This document shows, piece by piece, positions 17,458-30,860 of a stretch of DNA of 64,000 nucleotides. This stretch comes from Trichoplax adhaerens. Its lineage: Eukaryota > Animalia > Placozoa. The position numbers and the translations under genes are program-made. Positions within the stretch are counted from its first letter, which is position 1; each line of letters opens with the position of its first letter. Below the pieces are notes generated by a model, which was not told where the DNA came from, did no database searches, and saw nothing but the letters and a program-made list of their open reading frames with translations. The stretch spans positions 4,510,336 to 4,574,335 of the forward strand of contig NW_002060948.1 of NCBI RefSeq assembly GCF_000150275.1, in the 5' to 3' direction.

Positions 17458-18462
17458 TTATACATATCGTGGATTTGTTGTAGATACTTGACTCGGTGAT
17501 CGCTGAAACGGTAATCTTTGGCTATAGCTTGATGAATGAGTAATATTGCCGTCGTCTTTGCATAATGATAACCGAAAATAAAATTGAATATTATATTTGA
17601 ATTCGGGTTTTAGTATTCCGTACAGGAAGGGATTAATCGCTGAATTAGCAGTAATGAAACAAATTGTAATATATAGCGATACATTATTCGATATCGGTGC
17701 AATAAATCTATGAATTAATTCAGAACAAAAGAATGGCGTATAACATACGATAAAACAGGTAACTAAAGCCAACAAAAATGTTGCAGATTTCGATGAAGGC
17801 AAAGAGGACCTAATTTCATTTGTATTACGATGAATGGATTTAATTGATCGCCGTATACGTGAGCATTGGCGTCGAGCTATTTTATATATAACTGTGTATA
17901 CATAAATTAATATTACAGTTGGTATAAGATAAGTTATAACAAACACGGTTAAAAAATAAAATTTATCAAGAAGCTTTCCGGTTCGGTATTTAAATCCATG
18001 ACATAGTAATTTTCTATGCGTTATAAAAATAACGGGTACGAACGTTAATAGAGAAGAAAACAGCCAAATAAATACGATAGCTTTATATGCCCGAGTTCGA
18101 GTGATGATAAGGTTATTTTTCAAAGGTTTAGTAATATTAATATATTTTATAATACCAATGAAACAAAGGCTGAAGATAGACGAAGTAGTGAAAAATATAG
18201 TTGATATCGAATTTAGTAAGCAGATTGCTTCAGATTCAGGTAGAAATCTTTCGAATAACTGGCAGGGTATTGCAAAAATACTGAAGCAAAGATCAGAGGC
18301 AGCAAGATTGGCGACTAAACAATTAGTCGTTGATCTTAATCTTCTTACGTTAAAAAAAATAATCAAGATGCAGGTGTTAGCCACAATACTCACTGCAGCC
18401 AACAGTATGGTAGTCATTGATACAATAAAGGAAAAGGTTTGCACAGTGACTGTTAAATTCAT
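17458..18462 (-). CDS. Rhodopsin-class (family A) orphan GPCR, single coding exon, 334 aa
   Basis: Seven hydrophobic segments; TM1 AN, TM2 NLAASDL, C3.25, TM4 W, TM5 YLIP..Y, TM6 CYTPF, TM7 NSAINPFLY. DRY is replaced by IKY. A possible 5'UTR intron spans 18558-19697. Confidence 0.93.
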   Translation of the reverse strand: MNLTVTVQTFSFIVSMTTILLAAVSIVANTCILIIFFNVRRLRSTTNCLVANLAASDLCFSIFAIPCQLFERFLPESEAICLLNSISTIFFTTSSIFSLCFIGIIKYINITKPLKNNLIITRTRAYKAIVFIWLFSSLLTFVPVIFITHRKLLCHGFKYRTGKLLDKFYFLTVFVITYLIPTVILIYVYTVIYKIARRQCSRIRRSIKSIHRNTNEIRSSLPSSKSATFLLALVTCFIVCYTPFFCSELIHRFIAPISNNVSLYITICFITANSAINPFLYGILKPEFKYNIQFYFRLSLCKDDGNITHSSSYSQRLPFQRSPSQVSTTNPRYV

Positions 18463-21400
18463 TCTTGTGCGATGTTCAGTGCCTGTACTTTAGTTTAAAG
18501 GAAAACAGCAGTATTGGTGATCTTCCAAGTTGTACTTGACGGTCAACTTTGATAAATCTGTAAATAAATATCATTATTGAAGTTAGAAGTATGCTTTTGG
18601 CCATGATTATCATACAATCGCTTAAAATTGCTTGATTAGTCGCTCTTTCTTTAATAAACTGATCTCTGTCTTAAAAGAAATTATAAGAAACAATAAGATC
18701 GCCTCTAGCAATTGTAGAAATGCACCGTGTATACTTTTTACTGATGTGATTAGATACTGTACCTTGGAACTAGCTAAAATTAAATTGAATAATCGGTAGT
18801 GATTGCAAAAAAATAACAGTGAGGTTGCATAGTATCACCAAATTGTAAGCTATGAAGACATGTATCACCGGCGATGGTTATTATTGGCAACTGATCAACC
18901 GTAGAGTGAACACGAATTTTGCCTAAAGAAGTACGATATTAATGAACACTCCACAAATTTGAACAATTGCTGTACTGTATCAAGAATGTTATTGTAAGTA
19001 CCGAAACTCCCTCGATGTTAAGGCTTTTTTGTTATCAACTGACTATATGAAAATAGCCGAGATTGCAATTAAGATATTCTTACTGTGATAGTAATACAGC
19101 AGTCCATAACAGATGTAAAACATATACCAATTCACTCTTAGTAGGTTCTTTACATTTCTTGGCCAATACTAAATCTGATATGAGATTGCTTTTTCTCCGG
19201 TATTTCACTTTGACTCAGTTCTAACATATATCTTTATTCACGCTCATAATTTCAAATCAGTAAAGAAGATTAGATAATACCATCGCCTGAACATACATTA
19301 TAACGTTACTTTATCTAGTATATAACATAAGAGCCCCCGACGAATGACGACTAATCATGTTGGAAACGATAATAAAAATTAAAAAATATATTATTCATAC
19401 AGTTTTCAACTGAAGTAATTGAAAAATTTGAGCAAGCATTCGATGTCAGCGTGAATTAAATTAACTACGGTGAACTTATGGCGGTATAAATTTGTCATAA
19501 AACTTTATGTAGACGAAAAATGTAACGAACTTGTTATTATACTATGATTTCGGAATAATTTAGGCTACAAAATTAAATATAATGATATATTACGGTACTC
19601 AAGGTGAAGTCCTTCCGAAATATTGTTAACGTCTAAGTATTTACTGTTATAATTATCAACATCGAAATGCATAGCTACAAATAGAAATAGAATTTACCTG
19701 CTGCTTTTACCTTCCTCTGAAAATATTTGATACTATAGCGTTGAATGGAGAGTTATTGCAGCCAATAATAATTACCGTTACTTATCAACTAAATATTCGG
19801 TAAAGAAAGCCCTAGATATTCTGCCTAAGACCAGGTACATCAAAATTACTCATACATAAGAGATTAGTTCACAATTTTTTCACTCATTACTTAAATCGAA
19901 CATGATAAATGAATATGTTTTTCATGTAGCAATGTCTTTTTTATGCTATTAAATGATAATGGGACGATCAAATCCGATCAACAATGAGTCATAATGATGA
20001 CAAAGTTTCTCTTGTTGTTAATTTAACTTATTGTTATCTCTCCTATGTCAAATACCTTGTGTAACAATACTAAACGTATTATGAATGTAAATTTATACAT
20101 TTGATTTGAATTAAAAATTTTGTTTGTCTTGTCTGTTGATATAATTTATTTATTTGCAATAGATACAGATTGATCTGTATTTTATGTTTGATTTGATGAT
20201 GCTTATATATTGCGGATTGGAGAGTATTAAATACTAACTGGTAATGTTACATTTATTTTCGAGAATAATACGAAGAGCATAATAATAAATACTTCTCCTG
20301 TTTTTCAATCGTACATAAATATCATATATTGAAGGACTTTCTCGATACTATCAAGACGATGAGACGTAGCTATGTTAAATAGTTTTATGGAAGTTAATAG
20401 ATATATGAAAGAATAATAATTTAGTGCATTAAGTTTCTCACGGCTACGTAAGATGGAAATGAACATGTTATGGTTGAATGGTGAAAATTGGCGGTGGCAA
20501 TATCCACTTTAACAATAGGTAATAAAAACCAAAGCCTTAATTTTTTATCCAGAGTGCTTGTTATCGTTTTGGCATAAATTATCATTTACATTGTTACAGC
20601 TTAAATTCAACATTTAAAAACATGAAAAACTTATCAACTCATTCAAAGTGAGTATAATGATCTGTCAATCAAACTAAAATTGGCATGAAGATGATTTATT
20701 ACAAGAAGAGCATTGTCGATCTCCGGATGTTTTTCGCTTATTTCTATTAAATTGCTACTGAGTAGAGTTAAAATTTTGCTTTATACTAAAATATGATTTG
20801 ATTACATGAATAATCATAAGTAGTCATTAAGGAAATATTTCCAAGCGTATCTTGATCTACATGATTTCAATTGATCGTCTTTCAAAATTGTAATTATTAT
20901 TTATCATAGGTGGATTGAAATCAGTTTAAATGGAAAGTTTATTTACGTAAAAATATAGGGCACTCGAGTTTATAGAAAATTAATTACTATTTGAGTGTTG
21001 CTCGGTTTTTATCAATCTTGTATTAAATTGATAACCAAAATGATAAATTAGCAGTATGCAATATGAGCACTATTACAACACAATCTGTATATTACGATGT
21101 TTTAACTGTTCCTTTTTCGCCTAATAATCAGTATGCCATGAAGTATTCATGAAAATTTATGCGTTATCCATCTACTCTATGACTATTGGCTAACCATATA
21201 TTAAAATAGAGTTGAATCATACTTTTTAATGTTTTTTTCGATTTAAAATGAGTATCTATCATAGCAGCATATCTGAATTGTAATCCTAATTCATAGGTAA
21301 TTCTGCCGCCAGTTTTGTACATATCGTGGGAGGATCCATAAGGTCAGTCAGCCTAGAAAGTAATAGAATTGTTCTAATCACAATCACAGACATACGTTTC

Positions 21401-24400
21401 TAACATGAAAACAAAGAACTGTTATCATCAATAATTCCACCTACACATATTTTACTATTCTTTATACCTATTAAATTTTAACATTGCCGGTATTATTAAC
21501 AATACGATGAGGCTTTTTCATAAAATAACTTCAATTCTATATGAACTGTAAGTATTAGTCTATTTCATAGAAAGAACGATATGAATTTGTAAATGAACTT
21601 CTATCATTTACAAGAAATAATTTAAATAGCTTCAATTTCGTTTTATTTTGAGAAATTTGCTACTACATAATAGTTCATCAAATGATGTTATAGCTTTAGA
21701 AGATTATATCAATGATTGTAACAAAAATATATCTACGTAAAATTACAGTAATAACAATTATAAAGGCCATGATGAGATGGCGATACATCAAGTAAAATTC
21801 TATGAAATCCAAACAAAGCCAGATTTTAATTTACTTTTCCATAAGTTGAAATTGTGCTTTTAAATATAACTTTAATCTGCAGTAAATAGTCTCTATTTCA
21901 GCTTAGGCTATGAAATATGATTGATAGCATGACGGTAGTTACTTATTTTAGATAATCAATAATGTAGGTCGTTAAAGGTACAAATGATAAATTAATATAT
22001 ATGTCAATTTTGATAACCCTTAGTTAAGATGCCTGAAAGAAAAAGCAACGAATATCCGTTGCTTAATAAATTTATAATGAATTGATTAATTAAACTATTA
22101 CCTCCTAGTATAACAATAAATTATGACTTATATATATAATGTTTGTATTCCATTTCATAATCTACTACGACAATCTACGTAGTTTTTCATGAGTCATTTG
22201 ACGTGAAATAGGAAATGATAAATGTTAACGAGACATGTTTTTGTTACTTTTTAAAAATTTTTGGATCGCTAAATTTATATGACACTGCCCCAGTACATGT
22301 ACAGTCTTGAATCAAGACCTACGCTTCCGCTAGCATTCTTTTCTATTTAAGTTACAAAATTTTTTAAAATCTATACGGTATTTTAACAATGAGAATATGA
22401 AATTATTAATCTTAACAAAGACATAGTCATGACAAGTAGGCCATTTGACTAATGTTTACTTGCTTTCCTTTTACTGGACACCAAGTATACACAGTTCCAT
22501 AACTTGGAATCGTTTAATTAAGTTTATATCGCATTCGCATGAATCTCATTGAATTTCAGTAAAATTATTATCTTCATTTTTCTACTATTGATAAATAAAA
22601 TAAAAATAAGTTATGAGTTGATATGAAACTTCGCTGCTGCATTTGTTTACTGGATGAATTATATAGACTAGTATGCCAGTGGATCTGAATGAGAACAATT
22701 ACTACTTCATATGTAACCTGCGATTTGCGATTGATGTATCCTTCATAGAAGATGTAAATAATGTTGATATGATAACTATCTCATATTCATATTGTGGATT
22801 TACAAAAATATAGCAGTATGATAGATATTAGGGCAATAATTATGATAAACATTGCCTATATCATCTGGACTCTTGCATGACTTTATTGATTGAATTAAGA
22901 TTTTCTTTCAACAACTACGTATAATGGGTGGTAGTATTAGTCGGGTAACCTAAACTACTAGTGTCACTTATTTCTGCATTTTAAGATTATATTATTACGA
23001 GATATCTTCAATAAATCCAACTGCAAGTACAGTAATATACTATTAAGTATTGATAAAGGAAATATTAAGTAGTTCATATTGCTAGCAAATAACCGCCGGT
23101 ACTAGAAGTGCGGCAGCGGAAGCAACTTCTCAATATTTCATAGCTGATGGCAGTTAATGGTCTACAAATAAAGCATATTTAGATTAATTTTAGGTAATCC
23201 TACACAGACAGGGCATATTACAAGTAGACCGTTGTTGTTACGGTCGGTAAAACGTAAATATGATATTTATCAGCCACATTTTTTACTAATACTCCCTGTT
23301 TATTATCGATACCGGGCTGTATTTGCTCAAATTCCACGACAATATCAGAAATTAAATATTGATTAAAATTATTAATACAATCCATGAATCGATATATTGA
23401 TTAATTTTAATATATTATATACGTAACATGAATACTCTCTTTCTGATATTTAAGTCATTTTAAGATCGCTGTATACATAACTCGGAATTTTGCATAACTA
23501 AGCTCATGGACGTGAAACTTAAAAGAGTTTCTACAAAAATTAATTAGCAGTACTTATTGTATGTTGTAGCAAATAAGCCATTAAAAAGGCGGTGAAAATG
23601 GAATAGAATAGCCTAATTGTAACTGTTATATCCTCTAAATAGAATTAATCTTTAGAGCTACCGTCGATACTTGTTATGTGGGAGTATTTTGGATAAAGAA
23701 ATAACATTGCTGACGTAACAAGAGATAGTTACAGCATAAAAGTTTTTTTTATATCGTTCTTGATGTAAGCCAGATTTAATAGAGAATTGATAAAGTCGGG
23801 TGTATTTGATTTACGAATGTAGGCGTAAGACTTTTATCCGGTCAAACGATCACTTCTGTTATTTGCTAGTAAACCAAGTAATAGGATATTTTGCAGTAAG
23901 TCTGCCATAAGGATTCCTAATAAGTATTTGAGTAGAATTGATTGGGAATAATAAAATAAAAGGAGGTATCTATTATTTCAGTACTTTAAAGGCTAAGATA
24001 ATAATAATGTATGCTATATGATTACTTATGTAAACTTTAATCCTCTGAATAAATTTGAGATAAGAGCAAACAGTTCCTTTAACACCATATGGCCTACTAA
24101 AAGCTACAGGAGGTTAATTCAACATTAAAAATACGACTATTATGTTTTTCGTGCATATGTATGCATAAAAATTTTAACGTAAAAGTTGGCTATGTTGGAT
24201 TATTCTATTATGTAAGTTTTTAACTTCGTTTCAAGACAGCGGTTGATGGGTAGATTTATTTAGATCAAATCTTGTCTGCAATATATTATAATTATTATCA
24301 GTTTATCTATATGATGAAGCGACTTTAAGGTATTATGCAAATATAATTGTGTCTACTTTCACTAGTCCTTTAGGATATTACCGTTTAATTAAATTGAGCC

Positions 24401-27400
24401 AGCCAGACGTTCGATAATTATCATCAGTACCAATATTACTATAAAGTGACCTTGGTAGTTTATTAAAGGTTGTCCGCGTTGAAACAAGTAACTTATTGCA
24501 GTGATGTGCCCCTTATTTAATTATAAGGGTTGCTATGTTTGATTGTATTAATAGCTATATTTGATATATTTAGGTTACTAAGGATAGATATTATCTCAAG
24601 CTAATATTAGATGATGGATAACCACTATATTATAAATTGTTGATGACTAATATTAGCAAGTTGATTAAATATGGTACGAGATTTATGTGACTAGAAACTC
24701 TGTAATTGTGGAGATGCCCAAAACCGAAAGGTGCTAAACATTAATAGAAGAGTAATGATATCTTAAGTATATAGGTTTATATTGTAGAAGATAATGATGT
24801 TCTAATTCAGAAAAGTATTTTGTTGATGACTGATTATAAATTAATTAAGCTATCATAAACGGATTTAGTAAAATGTATTTAAGAACTTAAGAGATGAGCT
24901 CACGGAGAGAAAGGAGATTTCGCTTCGCTTTGAGCTCGGAATACTGTAGATTTAGACTAGATGCTTGTAATTATCAATTATTGCTCTACTATTCCTAAAA
25001 ACTTTCAATAAAAGCCTTTTAGAAAATACCATTTGACTAGGACACTTATTGAGAGACACTTTTATTACACTTATTTACTTAAAATTTATTCCTTAGCATT
25101 GAAAAGTACGATAGCTTTCTCAGTAGCTTTCATACTAGGCAGTTCGCTCACTTACGGAACGCTAAACAGTTATGAAACTATACAGTAAGCTATGCTTACC
25201 ATAACATTAAATTTTATATTATAGTATACACTAACCTCGTTACAGGATTACAAATGCTTGCGCTGTGATTTAACACTATTCATTTTAGATCCTCAGATTG
25301 GAGGGAAAAAATAATATTCATAAATGCCATTTTTTGAAGCAGAACCTGCTAAGATGTCCGTATTGGTTTTGACTTTTACTAGATTTTAGGAAATTGCTAT
25401 TGCAAAGATTGATAGACAGCAGTTAAGTTTTGAGGTTAAACTAGTTAAAATATGAATAAAAGTTAACATATGGCGTTACGGTTCATCATTACCGTAAATA
25501 GAAAAAACACTTATTCATATTTTCATTTAAAGTAGAGTTGGGATATGTTAAATCGTTAATGGATTTCCATTAGCGACTTTGACGAATTAGATCATTTAAT
25601 AAGAGTAGAATGTGTAATAGATATTATCACTTTTGTTATTTATTAGCAACGGTATATTGCGGTAGAGCGGTTACAATAGAAATAAAGTTACTTACTTGTG
25701 CCACAAACGACGTTCTGATATAAGGCTTTTCAAAAATCCAGTCAATCATTATGCTTGAGTAAGTTGTACTATTTGGTATAAGGAAGCGATGGTGTAGTGC
25801 AGCCCAAATATAGCTTAAGATTATATACAGTATGTGTGAATATCGTGCATGACGTAATTACTAGGCTAATTAAGATAGATACCCTTGTATAGGTGCTAGA
25901 TCGTAGAGTGAGATTAAATATGTGAGGATTTGTATTAGTAATTGCAATACGGATTGTAAAAGTTATTAGTCATACTGCTTGGCACCTCCAGGTACGCTAG
26001 AGGTGTGATGTTAGCCTTATTAAGGTAGATAATGATTTATGTGTCACGAAGATACTCTGTACACAATTGTATATAAGCAGGAGATTTTATCTCCGAAGAC
26101 AGAGTAGCCATAGATAATCTAGTCCTTGGTAGAAGACGTAATTATTGTAATAAAGTGATTTTCCTTCAAGTTGTGGAAGTCGTTGCGTTTCGATAGACAC
26201 TTTATTACAGATGGTGACGCGTATTTTATCTCTTTTAGGAAGATATTACTACGTTTTATTTAGAGTCTAACCTTTTCTTAGACTTCATCATCATTTATCT
26301 ATCTGAATCTAAAAATCGTATTTTAGCGGTGCACTCTACCACGACTAATATTTGTACGTTGCTTGATTTATTCTTTATATTTTTGCAACCATAAATTCTC
26401 TCACTGTACAACATATCATATTATTGATATAACTAGCAAACTAGAATGTTAGGATAGGAACATCTTACATAATTAAAATTAGATCATTTATGACAATCTA
26501 TTTTGCAACTATTTGAAATAATAGAATTTATGATGTTAGAGAAAACTCCCTAAATCCCATTTATCGCGAAATGAAAGTATGCCTAGATCTCGATTTTGTA
26601 GCCACGGTCATTATTCCCGTTAGAATTTTCACTTTAAGAAAAGTAGGGATTTTTTAATTGAGCACTAAGCTAAGTGTTGGAAAATAGACTATTAAAATGT
26701 ACATAAGTACGATTGAGGATGATTATTAACTACAACTATGGTGTAAAATAGAATTTAGCAATTAAATTACCTTTTCAATCATGCAGATACTCAGAAATGA
26801 CGACCCCAATTCTAGCATGCTGATATAATATCCTTTTATTAGTCTTTAAGAGTAGCAATAAATACTTGTATTCACGATACGATATACATAGAAACCCAAA
26901 TGGGAGGAGGTTATATTTCATCTATATGTACAAATTGACATCTTTCTCCGTGATTTTTCAATTTTACATATTACTGTAATACCTCTTAGTATGCTGGAAT
27001 AATTCATCACAGCATACTTAATACTGCACTAGAAAATTTTCAATGTTCTCATGATCTTATAATGACTGTAGGGCTGACAGTAAAACACTACTTAAGAAAT
27101 ATATTTGATAAGAGAAATACGAAATGCTTTGATATTATGAACTTAGGAATATCAAGAAAGTACTGTATTCGTTATCAAATACGTAAAACATTAAACCACA
27201 ATTTAAATTTTCCATGGCGCTTATAATAGAGTGATTTTGATATCAATTTAAGGAGTACACCGCATAATTTAGGGACTGTAGACTATATTATAGGTCTACT
27301 ATACAAATGCTCATGGCCATTGCTTAAACTAATCAAAAAGTTATTATAAGAAAAACTTTATATCAATTTATGAAAAGTGAACGTAGTTAGAATTGTAATT

Positions 27401-30400
27401 ATGACGAAGGGCAGAGAAAGGTTTCGTCTTTGATCCCCGAATTGTGCTATGATAAATATGTATATTTATAATTGATCAAGAATTTTGATAGGACTCTAAA
27501 TTTACGAATTGCGAAATAACAAATATACAGCAATAACTGCATTAATAGGACTTCATTAAGAAATGTTGCTGCAGTGATTAGAATCTTACAATAGGAATTC
27601 AAGGTAATATCATTAATAGGACTAGTTCTCAGAGAACTCTGAAAAATAGCAGCTAAACAAATTTTTAGAGAATGAAATAATCAATCATTAAGAATAAATT
27701 GGCATTTAAATCTCAAAAGTAAAAGTAATCTATGTATTAACCAGTATCTAGCCCAATAGTACTCACTATAGTAGAGACCGACATACCATCACGTTTATTC
27801 TTAGTAAGTATTATGAGAATATCACGGACGATTGCATCTTATATTCGTAGAGGCTATTCCCACATCCATTAACATTATATCGCTTTTTAAAGAAAGGATA
27901 TTTGAGCAAATAATTGATTTATATTTTAAATGCTAATTTAACTATAGAATGTACATTCAGTTTAACTTATTCCTTTAATTATTAATTGTTAGAAATTGTT
28001 TCTATCAGAAGATAGGCAACAACTTCGATAAATTTGTTTTATTATAAATTCTAAGTAAGTGGTACATAATTAAAATTTTTATACTTTTACCAGACTAGCT
28101 TGAATAGCTAATAATAGTCATGATAACCTGAGCTACACTTGTATACAGAATTGAAGGTTCAGTTCTTATAATGTAAACAGAGAGAAATGGCTAGAAAGGA
28201 ATCCTAAAACTAAAGTTATTATTTTGTCAAACTATGGATTGCTAGTGGCGAAGATAGAAATAATTTCTGGCTTAGTAACATGAATATTGAAATAAATATT
28301 GGTATATCTTATCCTTCATAAATATCTGAGAAATAATATTAAGTTCTTTTAGCTAACTGATTGTTTATTATTTTAAAATTATAAACCCATTGCTAATAAA
28401 GATGAATCTTATTAAGTTCAAAATGGCTACGATAGACTACACAAGATATGAGTGTAAGCATGTATGATATTAAACTATCTTTAAGAATTTACCTTATTGT
28501 AAATTGCAAGCTCCTTTGCTACTAAAGAAGATACTAACTGAGTCGAGAACGTATAAAAGGATTACTTGATAAGATATACCCTCTCACGTTATTAAAGTCT
28601 CTTTTTAATTTTACAACACGCGACTACGGCAATAGAATGCTAACTAAACTAAGGGTAGTCAATGATGTAGTATATTTTACCTCTAAGGTAAAAGAGCATC
28701 CAGAGTAAGTGTAGATTGCTAGAAATGCCTGGTTAGTGTTTCATGGTAGTTGATATTTAGTTAGAAGTGTTACGATTTCTATTCATCATAGATAATATGA
28801 TAAAATAGGGTAAATTATTAGGGAATCCCATGATGTCACTCTGACTTAGGTTATGTTACAATAATATTAATTTTGGTGCATACTGTGTTGATAAATCGAA
28901 TCACTTTGGTAACAACGTAATGAGGCTGATAGATATGTTTTTATTTGAAACACGTTTAATATTGATAAATATCGCAATAATTTGTTTTGTTCTTATGATA
29001 CATAAATAGTTCGGCCTAATGATGTACGAATTTCACTAATTAAGTAACAAAAACACCGGTGATTTAAAATACCAATACAGAATGCAGTGAGTCGAGACAG
29101 ACTGATTTTGACAAAATCTGAAAATCAAATGTAACAAGATTAAATTTCAGAACGTTTTAACGTCATAGTAAGCTTCACTCTGAAGAATTGTCGCAATTTA
29201 CATTTAACAATGTTGTTAAATACTGCAGTACATTGAGCAGAAATAGGCAAGCTGGAGTTCGAGTCAAATTAGGCATTAGGGCAATGAAGGATAATTTACT
29301 TAGCATGTTAGAGATTATTTTACCACTAAATGGGATGTTTTATCAAGTTCTAAAGTTATTGTATTAATAATATATTGTTCAAATTAAAATATAACTTTAA
29401 TCTTTTCTCTAATATTGCTTTAAAACAATTAATTAACCAACCGACTACAAATTCGTATTTCTATACACCTGATACAGTGGCTATTGCTAGATTTAAGGTT
29501 GAGGGAGAAAAGTGCAAAGCAGAGTTACAGACCCGTGTCAGTTGTTGAGAACGTTTTTTCCGGCAAAATCTTATAAGAAAAACCAATTATGATGAGCGAG
29601 CGATGCTAAAGATCAAGCAACTCACGCATACTGATATAGTATTAGGAATTTAAGATAAAATGCGACGAAGATCTTGTATAGAAGTGGCTATGGTTTAATA
29701 AATACAATCACACAATTACAGTCGAAGTTCACATAGAGTATTTGTTTGCGATCATTAATTAATTAAATCCTGATTGTACTATTTCCCATTTTATGGTTGC
29801 CTTGCTATTGTCCGTCTAGCAAAATATTTTCTATTACTTCATACCTGCTAAACATTTGAATATTCATGATTAATTTATATTATTTAATAATTTTCGATAA
29901 TAGACAGTCTAAAATAAAGCAAATCGTAGGTCTACGACTGTATATTAACTTCATACCTATGTATCGTATACAGATTCGTTTCGGAAAAGTTTCGATTATT
30001 AGATATACAACTCAGCTGACTGTCTAGTAATTCAATTTTTATCTAATTCTAAAACCACATGATTACTAAAACCTCTACAGTAGATATATATGGCTGAGTA
30101 AACACATAAATATTAAAAATATCTTGGAATTTAGCTATATTTTTATTTCGTAGTAGCTAATAATTTTACGATTATGTATAGAAACTAAATTGGCAATTCG
30201 AGAAATAAAATTATTGGAAATATAATATATCTAACGATAGGCACATATCCATTAAAGAAGTGTTAAAAGTACTGTTTTAATGAAACTTTTTACGGATATA
30301 CAGAAAATAATCTATAGAAAACTTAAAATTATTTTATAAAGCGAATGCATCTACATTTTGCAATTTTAAAAGTGGGATATAAAATCTATAAATATTATTA

Positions 30401-30860
30401 TGCAAGTTCTTTTATTTGGAAAACCTATTTTCCGGCATTACAACTAAAAGAAAACTATCTCTTGAATCTAATTATTTTTTAATAGCGATGTTGATCAATA
30501 GAACAACAGATACTTAAAACACGTAGATACATTTATAAGAATCAGTCTTTTAAGTATTTCTCACTTGACACGCAGCACAACTTTGCTTATTAGTACGTAC
30601 TTAGATGATATTCTTAAAGCTTAAAAGTGATGTCCTATTGGCAAAGCCACAAATATTATTCAGATTATATCCTAGATCAGCTATAGAAAGCTATATGTAC
30701 ATCAGTATACTGTTTTGCTAGAAATATATTGACCTGAAAACAGCCATTAAGTTTTCTATCCTACAACTAGTACTAGAATTGTACTGATCTTGTATCGCCA
30801 CCAGAAATTAAAATAACTTGCATCCAGGACTACCTTCAAACTACTGATGCTGATACTACG

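Noticed and set aside
18101-18493. 130-aa + strand ORF
   Set aside because: Antisense shadow of the GPCR. The ORFs at 36599, 48715, 49448, 49484, 50490, 50829 and 51064 are likewise antisense or off-frame shadows of real exons.
29255-29265. Pol III B-box-like GAGTTCGAGTC
   Set aside because: No A-box or cloverleaf nearby; not a tRNA or supportable SINE.
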